Source: Candidatus Hydrogenedentota bacterium (GTDB taxonomy: Bacteria > Hydrogenedentota > Hydrogenedentia > Hydrogenedentales > SLHB01). From it: a stretch of 64,000 nucleotides of DNA. How positions within the stretch are numbered: the stretch's first letter is position 1; every line of letters begins with the position of its first letter. The DNA is taken from contig CAVUWV010000010.1 of the NCBI GenBank assembly GCA_963745075.1, positions 32,001 through 96,000 on the forward strand, in the 5' to 3' direction. The position numbers and the translations under genes were made by a program. A model generated the notes under the pieces. It did no database searches and had not been told where the DNA came from. It saw only the letters and a program-made list of their open reading frames with translations. Positions 31,286-41,046 of the stretch are shown piece by piece.

Positions 31286-31546
31286 TGACCGGATTACTTA
31301 TGGTACCATCGCTCGGACGATGTGAAGGGATTGTCAGGCCCGCCAAGCCATCGGTCGACATAGTTTGCGTTGTCGCGTGTAACGTGAAGGATACGGGGCA
31401 AGTCAGGTTGCAACCGGGACGCGCGGTGTATACACCGATAGAATCAGGATTTCGAGCTTTTCGGGACCGCACCAATGGACGCGGTTCGTGATGGAGTAGG
31501 AAGGGCGGGTGAGTCTGCCCCGTTTCGGAGGAGAGGACAAGGTGGT

Positions 31547-32533
31547 ATGAGCGTATCGGTTGATTCAATCCGGCGGAATGTGGAGGCGCAATCGCCGTTT
31601 CTGAACCGGCTGCGCGCGGAAATAGCGCGCGTGGTCGTGGGCCAACAGTACATGATCGACCGGTTGCTGATCGGCATCCTCGCCAACGGCCACGTTCTGA
31701 TTGAAGGCGTACCCGGTCTCGCGAAGACGACCGCCGTGAAGACCCTGGCGCGCGCCATGCAGTGCAAATTCAGCCGAATCCAGTTCACGCCCGATTTGTT
31801 GCCGGCGGACCTCATCGGGACACTCGTCTACAGCCCCAAAGAAGGTGAATTCACGACGAAGAAGGGACCTATCTTCGGCAACATTATCCTGGCCGACGAG
31901 ATCAACCGCGCACCGGCGAAGGTCCAAAGCGCGTTGCTCGAAGCGATGCAGGAACGGCAAGTCACCATCGGCGAGGAAACTTTCCCCCTCGATGAGCCCT
32001 TCATGGTGCTCGCCACGCAGAACCCCATCGAGCAGGAGGGAACCTACCCGCTCCCCGAAGCCCAGGTTGACCGTTTCATGCTCAAGCTTCGGGTCAACTA
32101 CCCGACCAAAGTCGAAGAGCGGGAAATCATGGATCGCGTCGATTTGCTCAACGAAACCCGGGTGGACACCGTGGTCACCAAACACGAAATTCTCCACGCG
32201 CGGAGCGTGGTCAATCAGATCTACGTCGACGAGAAGGCGAAGAATTACATTGTCGACATCGTCCAGGCCACCCGGCATCCCGATGCTTACGGAATGCCCA
32301 TTAAACACCTGATCGAATACGGCGCGTCGCCCCGCGCGACCATCTATCTCCAGCAAGCGGCACGCGCGCAGGCATTCCTTCAGGGCGAAGGGAACGTGTT
32401 CCCCAATGACGTGAAGCAGGTCGCCATGGATATCTTGCGTCATCGGGTGATCATTACCTACGAGGCGGAAGCGGAGAACAAGACGAGTGAAGACATTATC
32501 CGGATGATACTCGATACGGTACCGGTGCCCTGA
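31547..32533 (+). CDS. MoxR-family AAA+ ATPase
   Basis: EGVPGLAKT, RIQFTPDLLPAD, LADEINRAPAKVQSALLEAM, TYPLPEAQVDRF. Confidence 0.95.
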   Translation: MSVSVDSIRRNVEAQSPFLNRLRAEIARVVVGQQYMIDRLLIGILANGHVLIEGVPGLAKTTAVKTLARAMQCKFSRIQFTPDLLPADLIGTLVYSPKEGEFTTKKGPIFGNIILADEINRAPAKVQSALLEAMQERQVTIGEETFPLDEPFMVLATQNPIEQEGTYPLPEAQVDRFMLKLRVNYPTKVEEREIMDRVDLLNETRVDTVVTKHEILHARSVVNQIYVDEKAKNYIVDIVQATRHPDAYGMPIKHLIEYGASPRATIYLQQAARAQAFLQGEGNVFPNDVKQVAMDILRHRVIITYEAEAENKTSEDIIRMILDTVPVP

Positions 32534-32561
32534 TCGTCTCAGAACTGCGAGAAGTGGTGCA

Positions 32562-33440
32562 ATGATACCCCAGGAAGTCATGCAAGAAATTCGCCGGATT
32601 CAGATCCGGACGAATCATATGGTCAACGACATACTCACGGGTCAGTACGAGAGTGTGTTCAAAGGCCAGGGCATGGAATTTAAGGAAGTTCGCGAGTACG
32701 TTCCGGGTGACGAGATCCGCCTCATCGACTGGAACGTGACCGCGCGAACCGGCATCCCCCATGTGAAGCTGCTCGCCGAAGAACGCGAACTGACCGTCAT
32801 GCTTCTCGTCGACGCCAGTGGTTCGGGACGGTTCGGCAGCGTGCACCGGTTCAAAAATGAACTCGCCGCCGAACTCTGCGCGGTCCTCGCCATTTCCGCC
32901 ATCAAGAACAATGACAAAGTCGGCCTGATCATTTTCACCGACGACGTCGAGCTGTACGTTCCCCCCAGCAAGGGACGGCGTCACGTCCTCCGCGTGATCC
33001 GCGAGATCCTCTTCTTCGAGCCCAAAGGACGGAAGACCAACATCCCGGGCGCATTGCATTTTCTCAACGGTATTACGAAGCGCCGCGCCGTCACGTTCCT
33101 GGTTTCCGACTTCATGGCGGACGGCTACGAAGTGCCCATGCGCGTTGCCGCCCGGCGCCACGACCTGATCGGCGTCGTGGTCAGCGACCCCCGGGAGGCG
33201 GAACTGCCGGACGTGGGGCTGCTGTGCGTGCGGGACGCCGAGACGGATCGGGAAATTCTGGTCAACACGAGCAATCCAAAAGTCCGTGAGGAATATGCCA
33301 AAGACGCCCGGAAACGCAGCGCGGCGCGGGACCGGATTTTTCAACGTAACCGGGTCGATACCATTCACGTGCGTACCGATCGGCCGTACGTGGAAGAAAT
33401 CTACCGATTTTTCCGCATGCGCGAACGACGGTACGCCTGA
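32562..33440 (+). CDS. DUF58 family protein
   Basis: GMEFKEVREYVPGDEIR.IDWNVTAR. Confidence 0.93.
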   Translation: MIPQEVMQEIRRIQIRTNHMVNDILTGQYESVFKGQGMEFKEVREYVPGDEIRLIDWNVTARTGIPHVKLLAEERELTVMLLVDASGSGRFGSVHRFKNELAAELCAVLAISAIKNNDKVGLIIFTDDVELYVPPSKGRRHVLRVIREILFFEPKGRKTNIPGALHFLNGITKRRAVTFLVSDFMADGYEVPMRVAARRHDLIGVVVSDPREAELPDVGLLCVRDAETDREILVNTSNPKVREEYAKDARKRSAARDRIFQRNRVDTIHVRTDRPYVEEIYRFFRMRERRYA

Positions 33441-33455
33441 CGAAGTACGTGAGCG

Positions 33456-34502
33456 ATGAGTGAGAATACCCCTGAAAGACTGAAAGAGTTCCGCGAACAG
33501 TACCGCGAAAACGCACGCGGCTCGAAGACAGCGCGGGTACTCAAGCCCCTGCTGCTGGTCGCGGCCGTGGCGCTCGGGTTGTGGGGCGCGCAAGTGTTTC
33601 TCCGGAGCGCTTTGGCGAGTTCTGCAACGCGATCCGGCGGCATGTCCCCGGAGCAGTGGCGGTCCTACGCCGTGTACTTGGAAGGCAAAGACCTGCCCGC
33701 CGAGTCGCTGCACGCATACGAACACTATATCGAAATCGCGCCGCTCACGGACGCCGAGCGAGCCAAAGTCTGCTTCGCGATGGGATCCCTCGCCGCCGAT
33801 ATCGAGGACTACCAGAAGGCCCTCGCCTACCTCTACCAGTCGGAGATGTTGGCGCCCGAATCGGAAATGAAGCCCGACATCGACAAAAAGGTCGTCATGT
33901 GCCTCGACCGGCTGGGGCGTACGACCGACCTCCGGCGCGAATTGCGCAACCGGAGTGGCGCTCAACATTCCGTCGCCGATGTTGGCCCAAACGAGACCGT
34001 GATCGCGGAATACGGCAACGTCGTCTTTACCGATCGGGACCTGGAACAGGAACTGCAAAAGTTGCCGCCGGTGTCGCGCGCCCGGCTGGATTCCCCGGAT
34101 GCGAAAGCCGATTTCGTGCGCAATCTCATTGCGCGCCGATTGATGGTCGACAAGGCCCTGCGGCGGGAACTCGACAAAGATCCGGCCATCGAAAAACAAT
34201 TGGTCGCCCAGCGTGATGCGCTTCTGGTGCAACGGCTGGTCGACGACCGGCTGAAGGGGCAGCCCGAGCCTACGACGGATGACCTTAAACAGTACTACAA
34301 AGCCAATTCGGATCGCTTCAAATCGGCCGACGCCGACGAAGCCCCACCGTTTGAACAAGTGCGGGACCGCGTTGCCCGCATGATGAAGGCCCAAGCGGTG
34401 CAGGATGCTGTAAACCAGTTAATATCAGACACGCTGGACGAGCGCGGCGTGAAGTTTTATCCCGACCGGCTGAGTCCTCAGAAAGAGGAGGACGCACAAT
34501 GA
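33456..34502 (+). CDS. TPR + SurA/PPIase-chaperone-like periplasmic protein
   Basis: N-terminal TM, TPR, VIAEYG...T..DL, YY..N...F, PFEQVR. Confidence 0.6.
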   Translation: MSENTPERLKEFREQYRENARGSKTARVLKPLLLVAAVALGLWGAQVFLRSALASSATRSGGMSPEQWRSYAVYLEGKDLPAESLHAYEHYIEIAPLTDAERAKVCFAMGSLAADIEDYQKALAYLYQSEMLAPESEMKPDIDKKVVMCLDRLGRTTDLRRELRNRSGAQHSVADVGPNETVIAEYGNVVFTDRDLEQELQKLPPVSRARLDSPDAKADFVRNLIARRLMVDKALRRELDKDPAIEKQLVAQRDALLVQRLVDDRLKGQPEPTTDDLKQYYKANSDRFKSADADEAPPFEQVRDRVARMMKAQAVQDAVNQLISDTLDERGVKFYPDRLSPQKEEDAQ

Positions 34503-35422
34503 GGGCGCTGCTCCTGGTTCTGGCTTTCACGGCGGTCGCGCAGGCCCAGCCGGACATCAACGTAGCGGTCACGGTCGATCCTCCGGTCATCCCGTTCCAC
34601 CGGCAGACGAAATTCACGATTACAGTCGAGGCCCCTGAGTCGGCGGACGTCGAGTTGCCGCAAATGGCCGGGAAGTTCGGTGGCTTGAACGTGTACGGAC
34701 AGCCCGACTATCTCATGGAGCCCCTTCCAAACGGCCGCAAACGCATCGTCGAAACCTACACGCTCGACCCGATTTTCACCGGCATCTATCCGGTCGAGCC
34801 CATTACCGTGACCGTGGACGGGAAGACAAAAATTGCGACGCCGTCTCCTGCCATCAAGGTTCGCGAACTTACCGAGGCGGAAGAAAAGGCCGCCATGGAT
34901 TTTGTGGAGAGCGCGGGACCCATCGACATGGAACAGCCGCTGTTCCAGCGATGGGAAGTGTGGGCCGCCATCGGGACCGCTGCCGCCCTCGCGCTGGCGG
35001 CGTTGATTTACTTCCTACGCCGTCAAAGAATCGTCGAACGTCTGACACCCGCACCGCCCGCATGGGACGTGGCGTACGCGCGCCTCCGGGAACTGGACGC
35101 AAGACGCTGGCCCAATCAGGGTAAGATTCAACCCTACTACGTGGAATTGTCGTCAATCCTGCGCCAATACATCGAAGACCGGTTCAGCCTTCACGCGCCC
35201 GAACGGACCACGCCGGAGTTCCTGGCCGAGGCGTCCAACAGCGGTGCGCTGAATACCGATCATCAGGAGTTGCTGGCCCATTTCCTGCGCCACAGCGATC
35301 GGGTGAAGTTTGCACAGTTCGAACCGACGACCGGGGATATGGAGCGGAGCTTCGCTGAAGTGCTGCGATTTGTCGATGAAACGGTGCCCAAACCAGCGAC
35401 GGAAGAGGAGGCCGCGGCATGA
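34499..35422 (+). CDS. DUF4381/BatD-like protein
   Basis: LS.ILRQYIEDRF...APERTT.EF...DRVKFA. Confidence 0.75.
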   Translation: MRALLLVLAFTAVAQAQPDINVAVTVDPPVIPFHRQTKFTITVEAPESADVELPQMAGKFGGLNVYGQPDYLMEPLPNGRKRIVETYTLDPIFTGIYPVEPITVTVDGKTKIATPSPAIKVRELTEAEEKAAMDFVESAGPIDMEQPLFQRWEVWAAIGTAAALALAALIYFLRRQRIVERLTPAPPAWDVAYARLRELDARRWPNQGKIQPYYVELSSILRQYIEDRFSLHAPERTTPEFLAEASNSGALNTDHQELLAHFLRHSDRVKFAQFEPTTGDMERSFAEVLRFVDETVPKPATEEEAAA

Positions 35423-36471
35423 GTCTCCTTCACGTCTTCACGTTCAACGCGCTCATGTATCCGGCCGCACTCTTCCTGCTCGCGGTCGTGCTCCTCTTGC
35501 TCGTGGCCGAATTCTTCTCGCGAGCGCCCGGGGCCTTGAGTGTGTCCACCGGAGAGACCATTGCGCGCATTCAGGGGTATCGGCCCGGTTTGCTCCGACG
35601 GTCCCCTGCGATTCTGCGCGCGGTGGGCCTCGCATTGCTTGTCGTCGCACTGGCGCGGCCCTTGCAAGGATTGTCGCCCCAGAAGGACAAGGCCGATATC
35701 GTGGACGTGATGCTGTGTGTCAACGTCTCCCAGAGCATGAGCGTCACCGACTTCCGCACCCGCAATACGCGCATGAATCGCTTGGACGTCACCAAGGAGG
35801 CCGTGCGCGATTTCATCAATAGCCGCAAGAACCGGCCCGAGGATCGGTATGGGCTCGACCGTCTCGGTCTCATCCTCTACGCCAAGTACGCCTGGACCCA
35901 GACGCCGCTGACGCTCGACTACGCGGTGTTGGAACGCGATCTGGACAACGCCGAAATCAACACGCGGGACGCCAGCAAGCAGGGCACGGCGATCGGTTCC
36001 GCGGTCGGACTCGCCGTCAACAAGCTCCGCAAGTCCGAGGCCAAGAACAAGGTCATCATCCTGCTCACCGACGGGCGAAACAACGAGGGCGAGCTGGATC
36101 CGATCACGGCGGCCCAGTTGGCCAAGGAGTACGGCATCCGCATTTACACAATCGGCGCCGGCTCCGGCGATGAGGTGCTGGTGCCCACGCAGACCCTCTT
36201 TGGACCAGCGGCGGATGTCCGCCGGCTCCCGATCGACGAAGACACCCTGCGTCGCATTGCCGACATCACCGGCGGCCGGTTCTACCGCGCGACCGACATC
36301 GCGTCGTTGCAGGGTGCGTACCGGGAAATTAACGAACTCGAAACGACCGAGGTCGAACTCGGCGATTACTACGAGTATAAAGAGGCTTTCGTACCGTGGG
36401 CGGCATTGGGCGCCTTGGCACTGCTGGCCAGCATTCTGTCGCGACGGTACCGGTTTGAACCGATTCCGTAG
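35419..36471 (+). CDS. batA: BatA VWA protein
   Basis: ALARP, DRLGLI, PLTLD, GTAIG, ILLTDG.NN, IYTIG. Confidence 0.85.
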   Translation: MSLLHVFTFNALMYPAALFLLAVVLLLLVAEFFSRAPGALSVSTGETIARIQGYRPGLLRRSPAILRAVGLALLVVALARPLQGLSPQKDKADIVDVMLCVNVSQSMSVTDFRTRNTRMNRLDVTKEAVRDFINSRKNRPEDRYGLDRLGLILYAKYAWTQTPLTLDYAVLERDLDNAEINTRDASKQGTAIGSAVGLAVNKLRKSEAKNKVIILLTDGRNNEGELDPITAAQLAKEYGIRIYTIGAGSGDEVLVPTQTLFGPAADVRRLPIDEDTLRRIADITGGRFYRATDIASLQGAYREINELETTEVELGDYYEYKEAFVPWAALGALALLASILSRRYRFEPIP

Positions 36472-36480
36472 GAGTCCGTA

Positions 36481-37593
36481 GTGGATATTGGATTTGCATT
36501 CGATTGGCGGTACCTACCGTGGTGGCTTGCAGTTGCAGTCGCTGCGCTGGCGCTCGTATACCTCGCCCTTCGACTGCTTGAACGGCGCCGTAACGCGCGG
36601 CTCCAACAGGTGGTGGAGGCCAAACTGGCCCCGCGTCTGTTGCCCGGTTACGATGCCCGCATCCGCCGCCCGCTCACGTGGTTCACTATCTTCGGTTGCG
36701 TGTGTCTTGCCCTGGCCTTTGCCCAACCCCACTGGGGCCAATCCTGGCAGGAAGTTCGCCGGGCCAGTCGTGACGTCGTGATTCTCCTGGATACGTCGGA
36801 GAGCATGCGTGCTGCCAATCCGTTGCCCAACCGCCTCGATCGGGCCAAGCAAAAGATCGCCGCGCTGCTGGATGAGGCCCCGGGCGACCGCTTCGCGCTC
36901 ATCGCCTTTTCAGGCGCCGCCGCCCTCCAGTGCCCGCTGACGCTCGACCATGGCTACTTCAAGTCGGTGTTGAACACTATCGACACGGACACCATCAGTG
37001 CCAAGGGCACCAATATTGCCGCCGCGATCGATGCCGCGGTGGACTTATTCAAGAAGGAAGACGAAAGCACAGGGCGCAGCGGAAAAGCCTCCCGTGCGGT
37101 CTTATTGATTTCGGACGGTGAACAAGTTTCCGGCGATGCCTTGGAGGCGGCGACCGCCGGGGCCGATTACGGGCGAATCTTCGTCATCGGCGTAGGCGAT
37201 CCCAACGGGACGGAAGTCCGTCTGCCCGATTGGATGGGCCGCTACGTTACCGCAATGGACGGCGACAAGCCCCATATTTCGAAATTGGATGAAGACATGC
37301 TGCGCCGCATCGCCATCGCGGGAAACGGCGCCTACACCCGGTCGAGCGTCGACAACTGGGACATCGACCAGTTGTACAAGCGCTTTGACGTTCTTTCGAC
37401 GCGGGATATGAGCAGCGACGTGCGGCTGCGGCTTGTCAACCGCTACCAATGGCCATTGGCGTTGGCCTTTCTGGCATTCGTCCTGGAAGGGGTATGGCTG
37501 GTGTTGATGCCTTGGTTCCGGCATTTGCGCCTGCGACGCATGGAACGCGCCACCGCCAACAGCACCAGAGAGGCGGGGCAGGAATATGCGTAG
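36481..37593 (+). CDS. batB: BatB VWA protein
   Basis: AQPHWG, LDTSESM, PNRL.RAK, CPLTLD, ISDGE. Confidence 0.85.
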   Translation: MDIGFAFDWRYLPWWLAVAVAALALVYLALRLLERRRNARLQQVVEAKLAPRLLPGYDARIRRPLTWFTIFGCVCLALAFAQPHWGQSWQEVRRASRDVVILLDTSESMRAANPLPNRLDRAKQKIAALLDEAPGDRFALIAFSGAAALQCPLTLDHGYFKSVLNTIDTDTISAKGTNIAAAIDAAVDLFKKEDESTGRSGKASRAVLLISDGEQVSGDALEAATAGADYGRIFVIGVGDPNGTEVRLPDWMGRYVTAMDGDKPHISKLDEDMLRRIAIAGNGAYTRSSVDNWDIDQLYKRFDVLSTRDMSSDVRLRLVNRYQWPLALAFLAFVLEGVWLVLMPWFRHLRLRRMERATANSTREAGQEYA

Positions 37594-38534
37594 CCTCGCG
37601 CCGATCGCGATCCTGGCGTTCATCCCCCTACTCGCTCATGCCGATTCGATCCGGGAGCGTCTGAACGCCGCCAACCAACTGCTGCGCCAGGGCGACGTTG
37701 AAGGCGCCTTGAACGGATACCGTGACCTCCGCGTCGACGCCCCGGAATCGCCGGAATTGCAGTACGACATCGGCTGTGCGGAGTATCAACGCGCGTTGCA
37801 GGACATCGACAGTGCCGAAGTGGGCAAGGACAAGGATCCGTTCGAGGAAGCGCGGGTATCCTTCGACAAGGCACTCGCCATGGGTTCCGGGCGCGTCCGG
37901 CAAAATGCGGCGTTCAACCGGGCGAATTGTCTGGCCCAATATGCGAAACATATGCCCAATGATGCGGATCAGAAGGCCTTGGTGGATGCGTACCAGCAAT
38001 CCATCTCGGCGTACGAAGAACGTCCTGCGCCAGTATCCCGAGAACGAAGGCGCCCGGAAGAACCTCGATCACATGCGGTATCTCCTGAAGAAGATGCTTC
38101 AGAATCCGCCGCAGAACAAGGAAGACCAAGGCGAGGGCGAGAATAAGCCCCAAGAAAATCAGCAACAAAAAGACGAACAACAACCGCAGCAGAACCCGGA
38201 TCAAGAGCAGGGCCAGCAGGACAAGGACCAGCAGCAGCAAGCGCAGCAGGAGCAATCCTCCGAAGAGGAAAAACAGGAGCAGTCCGAACAGCAATCCAAG
38301 TCCGAACAAAGCCAGCAACAACCGGAACAAGAACAGAATCGGCCCCAGATGGGTTCGGAATCCGACGAGCAAAAGCCGGAACAGCAGCAAGCGCAGGCCA
38401 CTGAAAACGCCAAGTCTCCGGACCAGCAGACGATCGAGGCTTTGCTCGAATCCCTCGAGGATCGGGACCAACTCGAGCAGCGCTACGAACGGCGACAGCC
38501 GCCTACGACGCGGATCAAGAAGGAATGGTGGTGA
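37586..38534 (+). CDS. BatC-like TPR protein with Q/E-rich tail, frameshift near 38018
   Basis: TPR N-terminus continues in another frame into the Q-rich tail ending KKEWW. Confidence 0.75.
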
Positions 38535-40273
38535 TGCGCGCGTGGCCGATAGCCCTGCTTGCTGTTTGGACCTTTGCTCCGGTGGTTCTCGCCGAGGGCA
38601 ACGTCCAGGTTACCGTCGACCGCGATACCGTCGTTCAGGGTGACGAGTTCCGCATTACCGTTCAGGTTGCGGGGGATCGTCTTGGCGAACCCGAGCTACC
38701 GGACGTGCCGGGATTGGAGATTTCACCGCAACCCGTTTACCGCAGCATTCAGGCGAGCATCGTCAACGGTCGTACGTCGACCAGCAAAGTGCGTGGCTAC
38801 AATGCCATAGCAAACCAAACCGGGACGATTACCATTCCGCCCATTCCCGTGAAGATCGGAGACAGCGTCGCCGTCAGTCAGCCGCTAACGATCACCGTTC
38901 TCCCCAAACAACACGGCGCCAGTAATCGCGGGAACAGCCAGTTGACCATGGACGACGTGCTCCAGCTTACCGTTGACGTCAGTCGGCACGAGGTGTACGT
39001 GGGGCAACCGGTCAAAGTGACGTACACCCTGTGGGCCCTCGGCGGTTCCGTCGTTCGGCAATACAGCTCTGACTTCCCCGAGACGGCCGGGTTCTACGCC
39101 GTGCCGCGCGACCCTCAGCAATTGGACGACGGCGTCAGCGCTACACGAAACGCTCGCCAATACACCGCGGTCCATTGGGTGCAGACGCTTTACCCCACCC
39201 GAACCGGCGAACTGGAAATCGGACCGTGGAAATGGCAGGGCGTGGTCTCGGCGCCGTTTTCCGTGAGCGCCCGCAACAAGAGCTTCGCGACGGATCCCGT
39301 GACGATCAACGTCAAGGCCTTGCCGGCGCCACCGAAAGGGTTTACCGGCGCCGTGGGCCACTTCGACATCGCCGCCCGTAAAACGAACGCCAGCGCCATA
39401 CGCGGCGTACCTTTCGACCTGACCGTCACCGTTTCCGGCAAAGGAAACCCGGATAGCATTCAAGCGCCTACGCTACCCGAGATTGACTGGGCTTACGTAG
39501 CCGAACCCCAACGCCAACCCGGCAACGATCCGCGATCCGGTGACGACACGGTCTCGCGCACCTTCGTGTATTCGATTACGCCCATTAAGGATGGCAAGCA
39601 GGAGTTGCCGGGAATTCAATTCTGTTACTTCGACCCGGAACTCGAGGATTACGTCACCGCTGCCACCGGCGAACTCGACTGGGACGTACGCCCCTCGTCG
39701 GAGTCCGACCACCAAGCGGTAGTAGACGCGGGCCGGCCCAACGGCGAGGGCAACGTGGAAGTGCTGGGGCAGGACATTTTGCCCATCGTGACGGACGCCG
39801 GCACCCTGCACCGCCACTCGTCTCTGGTGTGGGTTGCCACGCCGATTGTCTTGCTACCTTCCCTTGCCTACGGTGGACTGCTCCTATTTGTGCGCCGACG
39901 CCGGCGGTTCGAGGGGGATACCCGGTATGCCCGGGCGCATCGTGCGACTCGGCTTGCCCAGCGCCGGTTCGCGGGCATTCACGAATTGCCCGATCCAGTG
40001 GACGGCGTGTACAAAGCACTGGCCGGTTATCTTGCCGATGTGTTTAACGTGCAAGAGACTGGCATGACCTCGGCCGACGCGGAAAAACTGCTCGCGACCC
40101 ACGGCATCGACACCGATATCGCCAACGGCCTGGTTCGCATTCTGAAAACCTGTGAGCGCGCCCGTTACGGATCGACCGCCCTGACCGACGACGAATTGAA
40201 CGCCCTCGTCCACGGAGCGTTAATGAATATGGAGCGTCTCGACGCGGTCCGTACCAAAGGAGGCGTGTCATGA
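38534..40273 (+). CDS. batD: BatD protein
   Basis: Signal peptide, FTGAVG.F, V.G.GN, YFDP, C-terminal TM. Confidence 0.82.
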   Translation: MRAWPIALLAVWTFAPVVLAEGNVQVTVDRDTVVQGDEFRITVQVAGDRLGEPELPDVPGLEISPQPVYRSIQASIVNGRTSTSKVRGYNAIANQTGTITIPPIPVKIGDSVAVSQPLTITVLPKQHGASNRGNSQLTMDDVLQLTVDVSRHEVYVGQPVKVTYTLWALGGSVVRQYSSDFPETAGFYAVPRDPQQLDDGVSATRNARQYTAVHWVQTLYPTRTGELEIGPWKWQGVVSAPFSVSARNKSFATDPVTINVKALPAPPKGFTGAVGHFDIAARKTNASAIRGVPFDLTVTVSGKGNPDSIQAPTLPEIDWAYVAEPQRQPGNDPRSGDDTVSRTFVYSITPIKDGKQELPGIQFCYFDPELEDYVTAATGELDWDVRPSSESDHQAVVDAGRPNGEGNVEVLGQDILPIVTDAGTLHRHSSLVWVATPIVLLPSLAYGGLLLFVRRRRRFEGDTRYARAHRATRLAQRRFAGIHELPDPVDGVYKALAGYLADVFNVQETGMTSADAEKLLATHGIDTDIANGLVRILKTCERARYGSTALTDDELNALVHGALMNMERLDAVRTKGGVS

Positions 40274-41046
40274 CCGTTGCAATCCTGTCCAGCCTGATGA
40301 TCTACGGAGCAACCGTTTTCAATCCCGTGTTCGACGACGCCAATGCCGCCTACAAAGACGGCAATTACGACAAGGCCGTGAAACTCTACGAACAACTGGT
40401 GTCCGAAGGCGTCGAAAGTGCCGATCTCTTCTATAACCTCGGCAACGCCTACTACCGGCAGAATCGGCTTGGACCAGCAATCGCGAACTACGAGCGCGCG
40501 CTCCATTTGCGGCCCGGCTTCGATTTCGCCACCCGGAACCTGCAACAGTGTCTCGCGCAGACGAAGCGTCAGCTCAGTGCGCCATTGCCGCCACCGTGGC
40601 AACAAGCCCTTCTCTTCTGGCACAAAAGTCTGACGCCGCAATTCTCCTTCCGCATGGCGGCACTGTGCTGGATCGCACTGTGGGTCGTGTTGGCCGTGCG
40701 CCTCTGGCGGCCGCTGCCCTACCTGCGTCGGACGGCACTTGTATTCGCGGTGTTGGCCGTCTTCTTTGGGCTCTCGTCCTGGGTGAAAGTACATCCCGCC
40801 CTGGTCGCCGTGGCGAACCATGACGGTACTCAGGTACGCTACGGGATCGGGACGGACGAAACCGTCCGGTTCGAGTTGTTCACGGGTGACCGCGTGCAGG
40901 TTGACAAGCGCGCCAACGGGTGGGTGCGTGTGGCGACCGCCGGCGGCGAAAGGGGTTGGGTGCAGGATTCTTCGCTTTCGTTTGTGGGGCCTCCCTATCT
41001 TCGCGCCCCGGAGCCGACGGCCGGCCCGGAGGAAGGCCATACGTGA
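40270..41046 (+). CDS. batE: BatE-like TPR + SH3 protein
   Basis: YNLGNAYY...AIANYERAL; GERGWV. Confidence 0.78.
   Translation: MTVAILSSLMIYGATVFNPVFDDANAAYKDGNYDKAVKLYEQLVSEGVESADLFYNLGNAYYRQNRLGPAIANYERALHLRPGFDFATRNLQQCLAQTKRQLSAPLPPPWQQALLFWHKSLTPQFSFRMAALCWIALWVVLAVRLWRPLPYLRRTALVFAVLAVFFGLSSWVKVHPALVAVANHDGTQVRYGIGTDETVRFELFTGDRVQVDKRANGWVRVATAGGERGWVQDSSLSFVGPPYLRAPEPTAGPEEGHT

Noticed and set aside
38140..38400. CAG/CAA-rich repeats
   Set aside because: Encode the normal Q/E-rich tail of BatC
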